Shown here one piece after another: positions 1 through 11,900 of a stretch of 64,000 nucleotides of DNA (positions are counted from its first letter, which is position 1; each line of letters opens with the position of its first letter). The translations under genes and the position numbers were made by a program. The notes beneath the pieces were generated by a model. It worked only from the letters and a program-made list of their open reading frames with translations, did not search any database and was not told the origin of the DNA. Source of the stretch: Camelus dromedarius (taxonomy: Eukaryota); NCBI RefSeq assembly GCF_036321535.1, contig NC_087436.1, positions 2,232,001 to 2,296,000 on the forward strand, read 5' to 3'.

Positions 1-249
1 CTCTCAGAACTGAGCATGTGGAGAGACGTTCGTTCATCTAGCACAAAGGGAACGGGTAGCAGGAGAAACATTTACTCTGGTTTCTCAGTCTGTTTCCTAG
101 TGCCGGTATGAATTTCCTGCAGTTTTCACTGTAAAACAGAGTTGGAGCTAGTACCTCCCCATATATATGTATGGAGTGGAGTTTGCAACTGAAAAATAAC
201 TTTGTGTTCCCAACAAGCTAGGTGAAGGACGGCTTTCACACACACTTAT
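1..249 (+). repeat. Representative satellite monomer (249 bp; phase arbitrary)
   Basis: Direct reading: the next unit begins at 250. Confidence 0.95.
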
Positions 250-2053
250 CTCTTAGAACTGAGCATGTGGAGAGACGTTCGTTCATCTAGCACAAAGGGA
301 ACGGGTTGCAGGAGAAACTTTTACTCATTTTTCTCAGTCTGTTTCCTAGTGCCGGTTTCAAGTTCCTTCAGTTTTCACTGTAAAACCGAGTTGGAGCTAG
401 TACCTCACCATATATACGTATGGAGTGGAGTTTGCAACTGAAAAGAAACTTTGTTTTCCCAACAAGCTTGGTGATGGACGGCTTTCACACACACTTATCT
501 CTCACAACTGAGCATGTGGAGAGACGTTCGTTCATTTAGCACAAAGGAACGCGCTGCAGGAGAAACTTTTACTCTGGTTTCTCAGTCTGATGCCTACTGC
601 CGGTTTGAATTTCCTGCAGTTTTCACTGTAAAACCGAGTTGGAGCTAGTACCTCCCCATATATAAATTTGGAGGGGAGTTTGCAACTGAAAAGGAACTTT
701 GTGTTCCCAACAAGCTAGGGGAAGGACGGCTTTCACACACACTTATCTCAGAACTGAGCATGTGGAGAGACTTTCGTTCATCTAGCACAAAGGGAACGTG
801 TTGCAGGAGAAAATTTTACTCTGGTTTCTCAGTCTGTTTCCTGTTGCCGGTTTGAAGTTCCTGCAGTTTTCACTTTAAAACAGAGTTGGGGCTAGTACAT
901 CCCCATATATATGTATGGAGTGGAGTTTGCAACTGAAAAGAAACTTTGTGTTCCCAACTAGCTAGTTGAAGGACGGCTTCCACACACACTTATCTCTCAG
1001 ATCTGGGCAAGTGGAGAGACGTTCGTTCATCTAGCACAAAGGGAACGGGTTGCAGGAGAAACATTTTCTCTGGTTTCTCAGTCTGTTTCCTAGTGCCGGT
1101 TTAAAGTTCCTGCAGTTTTCTCTGTAAAACCGAGTTGGAGCTTGTACCTCACCATATATATGTATGGATTGGAGTTTGCAACTTAAAGGAACTTTGTGTT
1201 CCCAAGAAGCTAGGTGAAGGACGGCTTTCACACACACTTATCTCTCAGAACTGAGCATGTGGAGAGACTTTCGTTCATCTAGCACAAAGGGAACGGGTTG
1301 CAGGAGAAACTTTTACTCTGGTTTCTCACTCTGTTTCCTAGTGCCGGTTTGAATTTCCTGCAGTTTTCACTGTAAAACAGAGTTGGAGCTTGTACATACC
1401 CACATATATGTATGGAGTGGAGTTTGCTACTGAAAAGAAACTTTGTGTTCCCAACAAGAGAGGTGAAGGACGGCTTTCACACACACTTATCTCTCAGAAC
1501 TGAGCATGAGGAGAGACGTTCGTTCATCTAGCACAAAGGGAACGGGTTGCAGGAGAAACTTTTCTCCGGTTTCTCAGTCTGTTTCCTGTTGCCGGTTTAA
1601 AGTTCCTGCACTTTTCACTGTAAACCGAGTTGTAGCTTGTCCCTCCCCATATATATATATGGATTGGAGTATGCAACTGAAAGGAACTTTGTGTTCCTAA
1701 GAACTAGGTGAAGGACGGCTTTCACACACACTTATATCTCAGAACTGAGCATGTGGAGAGACGTTCGTTCATCTAGCACAAAGGGAACGGTTTGCAGGAG
1801 AAACTTTTACTCATTTTTCTCAGTCTGTTTCCTAGTGCCGGTTTGAATTTCCTTCAGTTTTCACTGTAAAACCGAGTTGGAGCTAGTACCTCACCATATA
1901 TACGTATGGAGTGGAGTTTGCAACTGAAAAGAAACTTTGTTTTCCCAACAAGCTAGGGGAAGGACGGCTTTCACACACACTTATCTCTCAGAACTGAGCA
2001 TGTGGAGAGACGTTCGTTCATCTAGCACAAAGGGAACGGGTTGCAGGAGAAAA

Positions 2054-3096
2054 TTTTACTCTGGTTTCTCAGTCTGTTTCCTAGTGCCGGTTTGAAGTTC
2101 CTGCAGTTTTCACTGTAAAACAGAGTTGGGGCTAGAACCTCCCCATATATATGTATGGAGTGGAGGTTGCAACTGAAAAGAAACTTAGTGTTCCCAACAA
2201 GCTAGGTGAAGGACGGCTTTCACACACACTTATCTCTCAGAACTCATCATGTGGAGAGACGTTCGTTCTTCTAGCACAAACTGAACGGGTTGCAGGAGAA
2301 ACTTTTACTCTGGTTTCTCAGTCTGTTTCCTAGTGCCGGTTTTAAGTTCCTGCAGTTTTCCTGTAAAACCGATTTCGGGCTTGTACCTCCCCATATATAT
2401 GTATGGAGTGGAGTTTGCAACTGAAAAGAAACTTTGTGTTCCCAACAAGCTAGGTGAAGGACGGCTTTAATACACACTTATCTCTCAGAACTGAGCATGT
2501 GGAGAGACGTTCGTTCATCTAGCACAAAGGGAACGGGAGGCAGGAGAAACTTTTACTCTGGTTTCTCAGTCTGTTTCCTAGTGCCGGTTTGAAGTTCCTG
2601 CAGTTTTCACTGTAAAACAGAGTTGGGGCTAGAACCTCCCCATATATATGTATGGAGTGGAGGTTGCAACTGAAAAGAAACTTAGTGTTCCCAACAAGCT
2701 AGGTGAAGGACGGCTTTCACACACACTTATCTCTCAGAACTCATCATGTGGAGAGACGTTCGTTCTTCTAGCACAAACTGAACGGGTTGCAGGAGAAACT
2801 TTTACTCTGGTTTCTCAGTCTGTTTCCTAGTGCCGGTTTTAAGTTCCTGCAGTTTTCCTGTAAAACCGATTTCGGGCTTGTACCTCCCCATATATATGTA
2901 TGGAGTGGAGTTTGCAACTGAAAAGAAACTTTGTGTTCCCAACAAGCTAGGTGAAGGACGGCTTTAATACACACTTATCTCTCAGAACTGAGCATGTGGA
3001 GAGACGTTCGTTCATCTAGCACAAAGGGAACGGGAGGCAGGAGAAACTTTTACTCTGGTTTCTCAGTCTGTTTCCTAGTGCCGGTTTGAAGTTCCT
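2054..3096. repeat. Recent tandem duplication of a 2-monomer block (period 497 bp)
   Basis: Identical ORFs at 2151/2648 and 2271/2768. Shared rare variants GGAGGTTGCAAC, GAACTCATCATG and a 1-bp deletion TTTTCCTGTAAAA. Flanking mismatches at 2053/2550 and 2600/3097. Confidence 0.92.
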
Positions 3097-6000
3097 AGAA
3101 GTTTTCACTGTAAAACAGAGTTGGGGCTACTACCTCCCCTTATATATGTATGGAGTGGAGTTTGCAACTGAAAAGAAACTTTGTGTTCCCAACAAGCTAG
3201 GTGAAGGACGGCTTTCACACTCATTTATCTCTCAGAATTGGACAAGTGGAGAGACGTTCGTTCATCTAGCACAAAGGGAACGGGTTGCAGGAGAAACATT
3301 TTCTCTGGTTTCTCAGTCTGTTTCCTGTTGCCGGTATAAAGTTCCTGCAGTTTTCAGTGTAAAACCGAGTTGGAGCTTGTACCTCACCATATATATGTAT
3401 GGATTGGAGTTTGCTACTTAAAGGAACTTTGTGATCCCAAGAAGCTAGGTGAAGGACGGCTTTCACACACACTTATCTCTCAGAACTGAGCATGTGGAGA
3501 GACGTTCGTTCATCTAGCACAAAGGGAAAGGTTGCAGGAGAAACTTTTACTCTGGTTTCTCAGTCTGTTTCCTAGTGCCGTTTTGAATCTGCTGCAGTTT
3601 TCACTGTAAAACCGAGTTGGAGCTAGTACCTACACATATATATGTATGGAGTGGACTTTGCAACTGAAAAGAATCTTTGTGTTCCCAACAAGCTAGGTGA
3701 AGGACGGCTTTCACACACACTTATCTCTCAGAACTGAGCATGTGGAGAGACTTTCGTTCATCTAGCACAAAGGGAACGGTTTGCAGGAGAAACTTTTACT
3801 CATTTTTCTCAGTCTGTTTCCTAGTGCCGGTTTGAAGTTCCTGCAGTTTTCACTGTAAAACCGAGTTGGAGCTAGTACCTCCCCATATATATGTAAGGAG
3901 TGCAGTTTGCAACTGAAAAGAAACTTTGTGTTCCCAACAAGCTAGGGGAAGGACGGCTTTCACACACACTTATCTCTCAGAATTGAGCATGTTTAGAGAC
4001 GTTCGTTCATGTAGCACAAAAGGAACGGGTTGCAGGAGAAAATTTTACTCTGATTTCTCAGTCTGTTTCCTAGTGCCGGTTTGAAGTTCCTGCAGTTTTC
4101 ACTGTAAAACAGAGTTGGGGCTAGTACCTCCCCATATATATGTATGGAGTGGATTTTGCAACTGAAAAGAAACTTTGGGTTCCCAACAAGCTAGGTGAAG
4201 GACGGCTTTCACACACACTTATCGCTCAGAACTGAGCATGTGGAGAGACGTTCGTTAATCTAGCACAAAGTGAACGGGTGGCAGGGGAAACTTTTACTCT
4301 GCTTTCTCAGTCTGTTTCCTAGTGCTGGTTTGAAGTTCCTGCAGTTTTCATTGTAAAACAGTGTTGGGGCTATTACCTCCCCTTATATATGTATGGAGAG
4401 GAGTTTGCAACTGAAAAGAAACTTTGTGCTCCCAACAAGCTAGGTGAAGGACGGCTTTCACACTCACTTATCTCTCAGATCTGGACAAGTGGAGAGACGT
4501 TCGTTCATCTAGCACAAAGGGAACGGGTTGCAGGAGAAAATTTTCTCTGGTTTCTCAGTCTGTTTCCTGTTGCCGGTTTGAAGTTCCTGCAGTTTTCACT
4601 GTAAAACCGAGTTGGAGCTAGTACGTCCCCATATATATGTATGGAGTGGAGTTTCAACTGAAAAGAAACTTTGTGTTCCCAAGAAGCTATGAGAAGGAAT
4701 GCTTTCACACACACTTATCTCTCAGAACTGAGCATGTTGAGAGACTTTCGTTCATTTAGCACAAAGGGAACGGGTGGCAGGAGAAATTTTACTCTGGTTT
4801 CTCAGTCTGTTTCCTAGTGCCGGTTAGAAGTTCCTGCAGTTTTCACTGTAAAACCGAGTTTGAGCTAGTACCTACCCATATATATGTATGGATTGGATTT
4901 TGCAACTGAAAAGAAACTTTGTGTTCCCAACAAGCTAGGGGAAGGACGGCATTCACACACACTTATCTCTCAGATCTGAGCAAGTGGAGAGACGTTCGTT
5001 CATCTAGCACAAAGGAACGGGTTGCAGGAGAAAATTTTACTCTGGATTCTCAGTCTGTTTCCTAGTGCCGGTTTGAAGTTCCTGCAGTTTTCACTGTAAA
5101 ACCGAGTTGGGGCTAGTACCTCCCGATATATATGTATGGAGTGGGGTTTGCAACTGAAAAGAAACTTTGTGTTCCCAACAAGCTAGGTGAAGGACGGCTT
5201 TCACACACACTTAACACTCAGAACTGAGCATGTGGAGAGACGTTCGTTCATCTAGCACAAATGGAACGGGAGGCAGGAGAAACTTTTGCTCTGTTTTCTC
5301 AGTCTGTTTCCTAGTGCTGGTTTGAAGTTCCTGCAGTTTTCATTGTAAAACAGAGTTGGGGCTAATACCTCCCCTTATATATGTATGGATTGGAGTTTGC
5401 AACTGAAAAGAAACTTTGTGTTCCCAACAAGCTAGGTCAAGGACGGCTTTCACACTCACTTATCTCTCAGATCTGGACAAGTGGAGAGACGTTCGTTCAT
5501 CTAGCACAAAGGGAACGGGTTGAAGGAGAAACTTTTCTCTGGTTTCTCAGTCTGTTTCCTGTTGCCGGTTTGAAGTTCCTGCAGTTTTCACTGTAAAACC
5601 GAGTTGGAGCTAGTACGTCCCCATATATATGTATGGAGTGGAGTTTCAACTGAAAAGAAACTTTGTGTTCCCAAGAAGCTAGGAGAAGGACGACTTTCAC
5701 ACACACTTATCTCTCAGTACTGAGCATGTGGAGAGACTTTCGTTCATTTAGCACAAAAGGAACGGGTGGCAGGAAAAATTTTACTCTGGTTTCTCAGTCT
5801 GTTTCCTAGTGCCGGTTAGAAGTTCCTGCAGTTTTCACTGTAAAACCGATTTTGGGCTACTACCTCCCCATATATATGTATGGAGTGGAGTTTGCAACTG
5901 AAAAGAATCTTTGTGTTCCCAACAAGCTAGGTGAAGGACGGCTTTCACACACACGTATATCTCAGATCTGGGCAAGTGGAGAGACGTTCGTTCATCTAGC

Positions 6001-8429
6001 AGAAAGGGAACGGGTTGCAGGAGAAACATTTTCTCTTGTGTCTCAGTCTGTTTCCTGTTGCCGGTTTAAAGTTCCTGCAGTTATCACTGTAAAACCGAGT
6101 TGCAGCTTGTCCCTCCCCATATATATGTATGGATTGGAGTTTGCAACTGAAAGGAACTTCGTGTTCCCAAGAAGCTAGGTGAAGGACGGCTTTCACACAC
6201 ACTTTTCTCTCAGAACTCAGCATGTGGAGAGACATTCATTCATCTAGCACAAAGGGAAAGGGTTGCAGGAGAAACTTTTACTCTGGTTTCTCAGACTGTT
6301 TCCTACTGCCGGTTTGAAGTTCCTGCAGTTTTCACTGTAAAACAGAGTTGGAGCTAGCACCACCCCATATATATGTATGGAGTGGAGTTTGCAACTGAAA
6401 AGAAACTTTGTGTTCCCAACAAGCTAGTTGAAGGACAGCTTTCACACACACTTATCACTCAGAAGTCAGCATGCGGAGAGACGTTCGTTCATCTAGCACA
6501 AAGGGAACGGGTGGCAGGAGAAAATTTTACTCTGGTTTCTCAGTCTGTTTCCTAGTGCAGGTTTGAAGTTCCTGCAGTTTTCACTGTAAAACCGAGTTGG
6601 GGCTACTACCACCCCGTATATATGTATGGAGTGGAGTTTGCAACTGAAAAGAAACTTAGTGTTCCCAACAAGCTAGGTGAAGGACGGCTTTCACACACAC
6701 TTATCTCTCAGATCTGGGCAAGTGGAGAGACGTTCGTTCATCTAGCACAAAGGAATGGTTTGCCTGAGAAATTTTTCTCCGGTTTCTCAGTCTGTTTCCT
6801 GTTGCCGGTTTAAAGTTCCTGCAGTTTTCACTGTAAACCGATTTGGAGCTTGTCCCTCCCCATATATATGTATGGATTGGAGTTTGCAACTGAAAGGAAC
6901 TTTGTGTTCCCAAGATGCTAGGTGAAGGACGGCTTACACACACACTTATATCTCAGAACTGAACATGTGGAGAGACATTTGTTCATCTAGCACAAAGGGA
7001 ACGGGTTGCAGGAGAAACTTTTACTCTGGTTTATCACTCTGTTTCCTACTGCCGGTTTGAAGTTCCTGCAGTTTTCACTGTAAAACCGAGTTGGAGCTAG
7101 TATCTCCGCATATATATGTATGGATTGGAGTTTTCAAGTGAAAAGAAACTTTGTGTTCCCAACAAGCTAGGTGAAGGAAGGCATTCACACACACTTATCT
7201 CTCAGAACTGAGCATGTGGAGAGACGTTCGTTCACCTAGCACAAAGGGAACTGGTTGCAGGAGAAACTTTTACTCTGGTTTCTTAGTCTGTTTCCTAGTG
7301 CCGGTATGAATTTCCTACAGTTTTCACTGTAAAACAGAGTTGGAGCAAGTACCTACCCATATATATTTATGGAGTGGAGTTTGCAACTGAAAAGAAACTT
7401 TGTGTTCCCAACAAGCTAAGGGAAGGACGGCTTTCACACACACTTATCTCTCAGATCTGGGCAAGTGGAGAGACGTTCGTTCATCTAGCACAAAGGAACG
7501 GGTTGCAGGAGAAAATTTTACTCTGGATTCTCAGTCTGTTTCCTAGTGCCGGGTTGAAGTTTCTGCAGTTTTCACTGTAAAACAGAGTTGGGGTTAGTAC
7601 CTCCCCATATATATGTATGGAGTGGAGTTTGCAACTGAAAAGAAACTTTGTGTTCCCAGCAAGCTTGGTGAAGGACGGCTTTCACACACACATGTCTCTC
7701 AGAACTCAGCATGTGGAGAGACGTTCGTTCATCTAGCAAAAAGGGAACGGGTTGCAGGAGAAACTTTTACTCTGGTTTCTCAGTCTGTTTCCTAGTGCCG
7801 GTTTGAATTTCCTGCAGTTTTCAGTGTAAAACAGAGTTGGAGCTAGAACTTACCCATATATATGTATGGAGTGGAGTTTGCAACTGAAAAGAAACTTTGT
7901 GTTCCCAACAAGCTAGGCGAAGGACGGCTTTCACACAAACTTATCTCTCAGAACTGAGCATGTGGAGAGACGTTCTTTCATCTAGCACAAAGGGAACGGG
8001 ATGCAGGAGAAACTTTTCTCTGGTTTCTCAGTCTGTTTCCTAGTGCCGGTTTGAAGTTCCTGCAGTTTTCACTGTAAAACCGAGTTGGAGCTTGTACCTC
8101 ACCATATACATGTATGGATTGGATTTTGCAACTTAAAAGAACTTTGTGTTCCCAAGAAGCTAGGTGAAGGACGGCTTTCACACGCACTTATCTCTCAGAA
8201 CTGAGTATGTTGAGAGACGTTCGTTCATCTAGCACAAAGGGAACGGTTTGCAGGAGAAACTTTTCTCTGGTTTCTCAGTCTGTTTCCTAGTGCCGGTTTG
8301 AATTTCCTGCTGTTTTCACTGTAAAACCGAGTTTGAGCTAGTACCTACCCATATATATGTATGGAGTGGATTTTGCAACTGAAAAGAAACTTTGTGTTCC
8401 CAACAAGCTAGGTGAAGGACGGCTTTCAC

Positions 8430-11400
8430 ACACACTTATCTCTCAGAACTGAGCATGTGGAGAGACGTTCGTTCATCTAGCACAAAGTGAACGGGTTGCA
8501 GGAGAAACTTTTACTCATTTTTCTCAGTATGTTTCCTACTTCCTGTTTGAAGTTTCTTCAGTTTTCACTGTAAAACCGTGTTGGAGCTAGTACCTACCCA
8601 TATATATGTATGGAGTGGAATTTGCAACTGAAAAGAAACTTTGTGTTCCCAACAAGCTAGGGGAAGGACGGCTTTCACACACACTTATCTCTCAGAACTG
8701 AGCATGTGGAGAGACATTCGTTCATCTAGCACAAAGGGAACGGGTTACAGGAGAAAATTTTACTCTGGTTTCTCAGTCTGTTTCCTAGTGCCGGTTTGAA
8801 TTTCCTGCAGTTTTCACTGTAAAACAGATTTGGGGCTAGTACCTCCCCATATATATGTATGGAGTGGAGTTTGCAACTGAAAAGAAACTTTGTGTTCCCA
8901 ACAAGTTAGTTGAAGGACGGCTTCCACACACACTTATCTCTCAGATCTGGGCAAGTGGAGAGACGTTCGTTCATCTAGCACAAAGGGAACGGGTTGCAGG
9001 AGAAACTTTTTCTCTGGTTTCTCAGTCTGTTTCCTGTTGCCGGTTTAAAGTTCCTGCAGTTTTCACTGTAAAACCGAGTTGGAACTTGTTCCTCCCCATA
9101 TATATGTATGGATTGGAGTTTGCAACTTAAAGGAACTTTGTGTTCCTAAGAAGCTAGGTGAAGGACGGCTTTCACACACACTTATCTCTCAGAACTGAGC
9201 ATGTGGAGAGACGTTCGTTCATCTAGCACAAAGGGAACTAGTTGCAGGAGAAACTTTTACTCATTTTTCTCCATCTGTTTCCTAGTGCCGGTTTGAAGTT
9301 CCTTCAGATTTCACTGTAAAACGGAGTTGGAGCTAGTACCTCCCCATATATATGTATGGAGTGGATTTTGCAACTGAAAATAAATTTTGTGTTCCCAAGA
9401 AGCTAGGGGAAGGACGGCTTTCACACACACTTATCTCTCAGAACTCAGCATGTGGAGAGACTTTCGCTCATCTAGCACAAAGGGAACGGGTTGCAGGAGA
9501 AAATTTTACTCTGGATTCTCAGTCTGTTTCCTAGTGCCGGTTTGAAGTTCCTGCAGTTTTCACTGTAAAAGAGAGTTGGGGCTAGTACCTCCCCATATAT
9601 ATGTATGGAGTGGAGTTTGCAACTGAAAAGAAACTTTGTGTTCCCAGCAAGCTAGGTGAAGGACGGCTTTCACACACACATATCTCTCAGAACTGGGCAA
9701 GTGGAGAGACGTTCGTTCATCTAGCACAAAGGGAATGGTTTGCCTGAGAAATTTTTCTCCGGTTTCTCAGTCTGTTTCCTGTTGCCGGTTTAAAGTTCCT
9801 GCAGTTTTCACTGTAAACCGATTTGGAGCTTGTCCCACCCCATATATATGTATGGATTGGAGTTTGCAACTGAAAGGAACTTTGTGTTCCCAAGATGCTA
9901 GGTGAAGGACGGCTTTCACACACACTTATATCTCAGAACTGAACATGTGGAGAGACATTTGTTCATCTAGCACAAAGGGAACGGGTTGCAGGAGAAACTT
10001 TTACTCTGGTTTATCAGTCTGTTTCCTACTGCCGGTTTGAAGTTCCTGCAGTTTTCACTGTAAAACCGAGTTGGAGCTAGTATCTCCGCATATATATGTA
10101 TGGATTGGAGTTTTCAAGTGAAAAGAAACTTTGTGTTCCCAACAAGCTAGGTGAAGGACGGCATTCACACACACTTATCTCTCAGAACTGAGCATGTGGA
10201 GAGACGTTCGTTCATCTAGCACAAAGGGAACGGGTTGCAGGAGAAACTTTTACTCATTTTTCTCAGTATGTTTCCTACTTCCTGTTTGAAGTTTCTTCAG
10301 TTTTCACTGTAAAACCGTGTTGGAGCTAGTATCTACCCATATATATGTATGGAGTGGAATTTGCAACTGAAAAGAAACTTTGTGTTCCCAACAAGCTAGG
10401 GGAAGGACGGCTTTCACACACACTTATCTCTCAGAACTGAGCATGTGGAGAGACATTCGTTCATCTAGCACAAAGGGAACGGGTTACAGGAGAAAATTTT
10501 ACTCTGGTTTCTCAGTCTGTTTCCTAGTGCCGGTTTGAAGTTCCTGCAGTTTTCACTGTAAAACAGATTTGGGGCTAGTACCTCCCCATATATATGTATG
10601 GAGTGGAGTTTGCAACTGAAAAGAAACTTTGTGTTCCCAACAAGTTAGTTGAAGGACGGCTTCCACACACACTTATCTCTCAGATCTGGGCAAGTGGAGA
10701 GACGTTCGTTCATCTAGCACAAAGGGAACGGGATGCAGGAGAAACTTTTTCTCTGGTTTCTCAGTCTGTTTCCTGTTGCCGGTTTAAAGTTCCTCCAGTT
10801 TTCACTGTAAAACCGAGTTGGAACTTGTTCCTCCCCATATATATGTATGGATTGGAGTTTGCAACTTAAAGGAACTTTGTGTTCCTAAGAAGCTAGGTGA
10901 AGGACGGCTTTCACACACACTTATCTCTCAGAACTGAGCATGTGGAGAGACGTTCGTTCATCTAGCACAAAGGGAACTAGTTGCAGGAGAAACTTTTACT
11001 CATTTTTCTCCATCTGTTTCCTAGTGCCGGTTTGAAGTTCCTTCAGATTTCACTGTAAAACGGAGTTGGAGCTAGTACCTCCCCATATATATGTATGGAG
11101 TGGATTTTGCAACTGAAAATAAATTTTGTGTTCCCAAGAAGCTAGGGGAAGGACGGCTTTCACACACACTTATCTCTCAGAACTCAGCATGTGGAGAGAC
11201 TTTCGCTCATCTAGCACAAAGGGAACGGGTTGCAGGAGAAAATTTTACTCTGGATTCTCAGTCTGTTTCCTAGTGCCGGTTTGAAGTTCCTGCAGTTTTC
11301 ACTGTAAAAGAGAGTTGGGGCTAGTACCTCCCCATATATATGTATGGAGTGGAGTTTGCAACTGAAAAGAAACTTTGTGTTCCCAGCAAGCTAGGTGAAG

Positions 11401-11900
11401 GACGGCTTTCACACACACATATCTCTCAGAACTGGGCAAGTGGAGAGACGTTCGTTCATCTAGCACAAAGGGAATGGTTTGCCTGAGAAATTTTTCTCCG
11501 GTTTCTCAGTCTGTTTCCTGTTGCCGGTTTAAAGTTCCTGCAGTTTTCACTGTAAACCGATTTGGAGCTTGTCCCACCCCATATATATGTATGGATTGGA
11601 GTTTGCAACTGAAAGGAACTTTGTGTTCCCAAGATGCTAGGTGAAGGACGGCTTTCACACACACTTATATCTCAGAACTGAACATGTGGAGAGACATTTG
11701 TTCATCTAGCACAAAGGGAACGGGTTGCAGGAGAAACTTTTACTCTGGTTTATCAGTCTGTTTCCTACTGCCGGTTTGAAGTTCCTGCAGTTTTCACTGT
11801 AAAACCGAGTTGGAGCTAGTATCTCCGCATATATATGTATGGATTGGAGTTTTCAAGTGAAAAGAAACTTTGTGTTCCCAACAAGCTTGGTGAAGGAAGG
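8430..11900. repeat. Tandem duplication of a 7-monomer block (period 1739 bp)
   Basis: ORF pairs 8855/10594, 9352/11091 and 9717/11456 are all offset by 1739. Shared markers CAGTATGTTTCCTACTTCCTG, GTCCCACCCC and TATCTCCGCA. Confidence 0.9.

Noticed and set aside
28..57. Canonical CENP-B box
   Set aside because: TTCG and CGGG are 20 nt apart rather than 7. I saw no TTCG-N4-A-N2-CGGG on either strand by eye.
159..174. TATA-like promoter element (CATATATATG; variant CATATAAATG)
   Set aside because: It is a short TA run repeated in every unit with no associated gene or supporting context.
1..249. Tandem 5S rRNA, tRNA or snRNA gene cluster
   Set aside because: No recognisable 5S, tRNA cloverleaf or snRNA sequence, and no conserved-gene versus variable-spacer partition.
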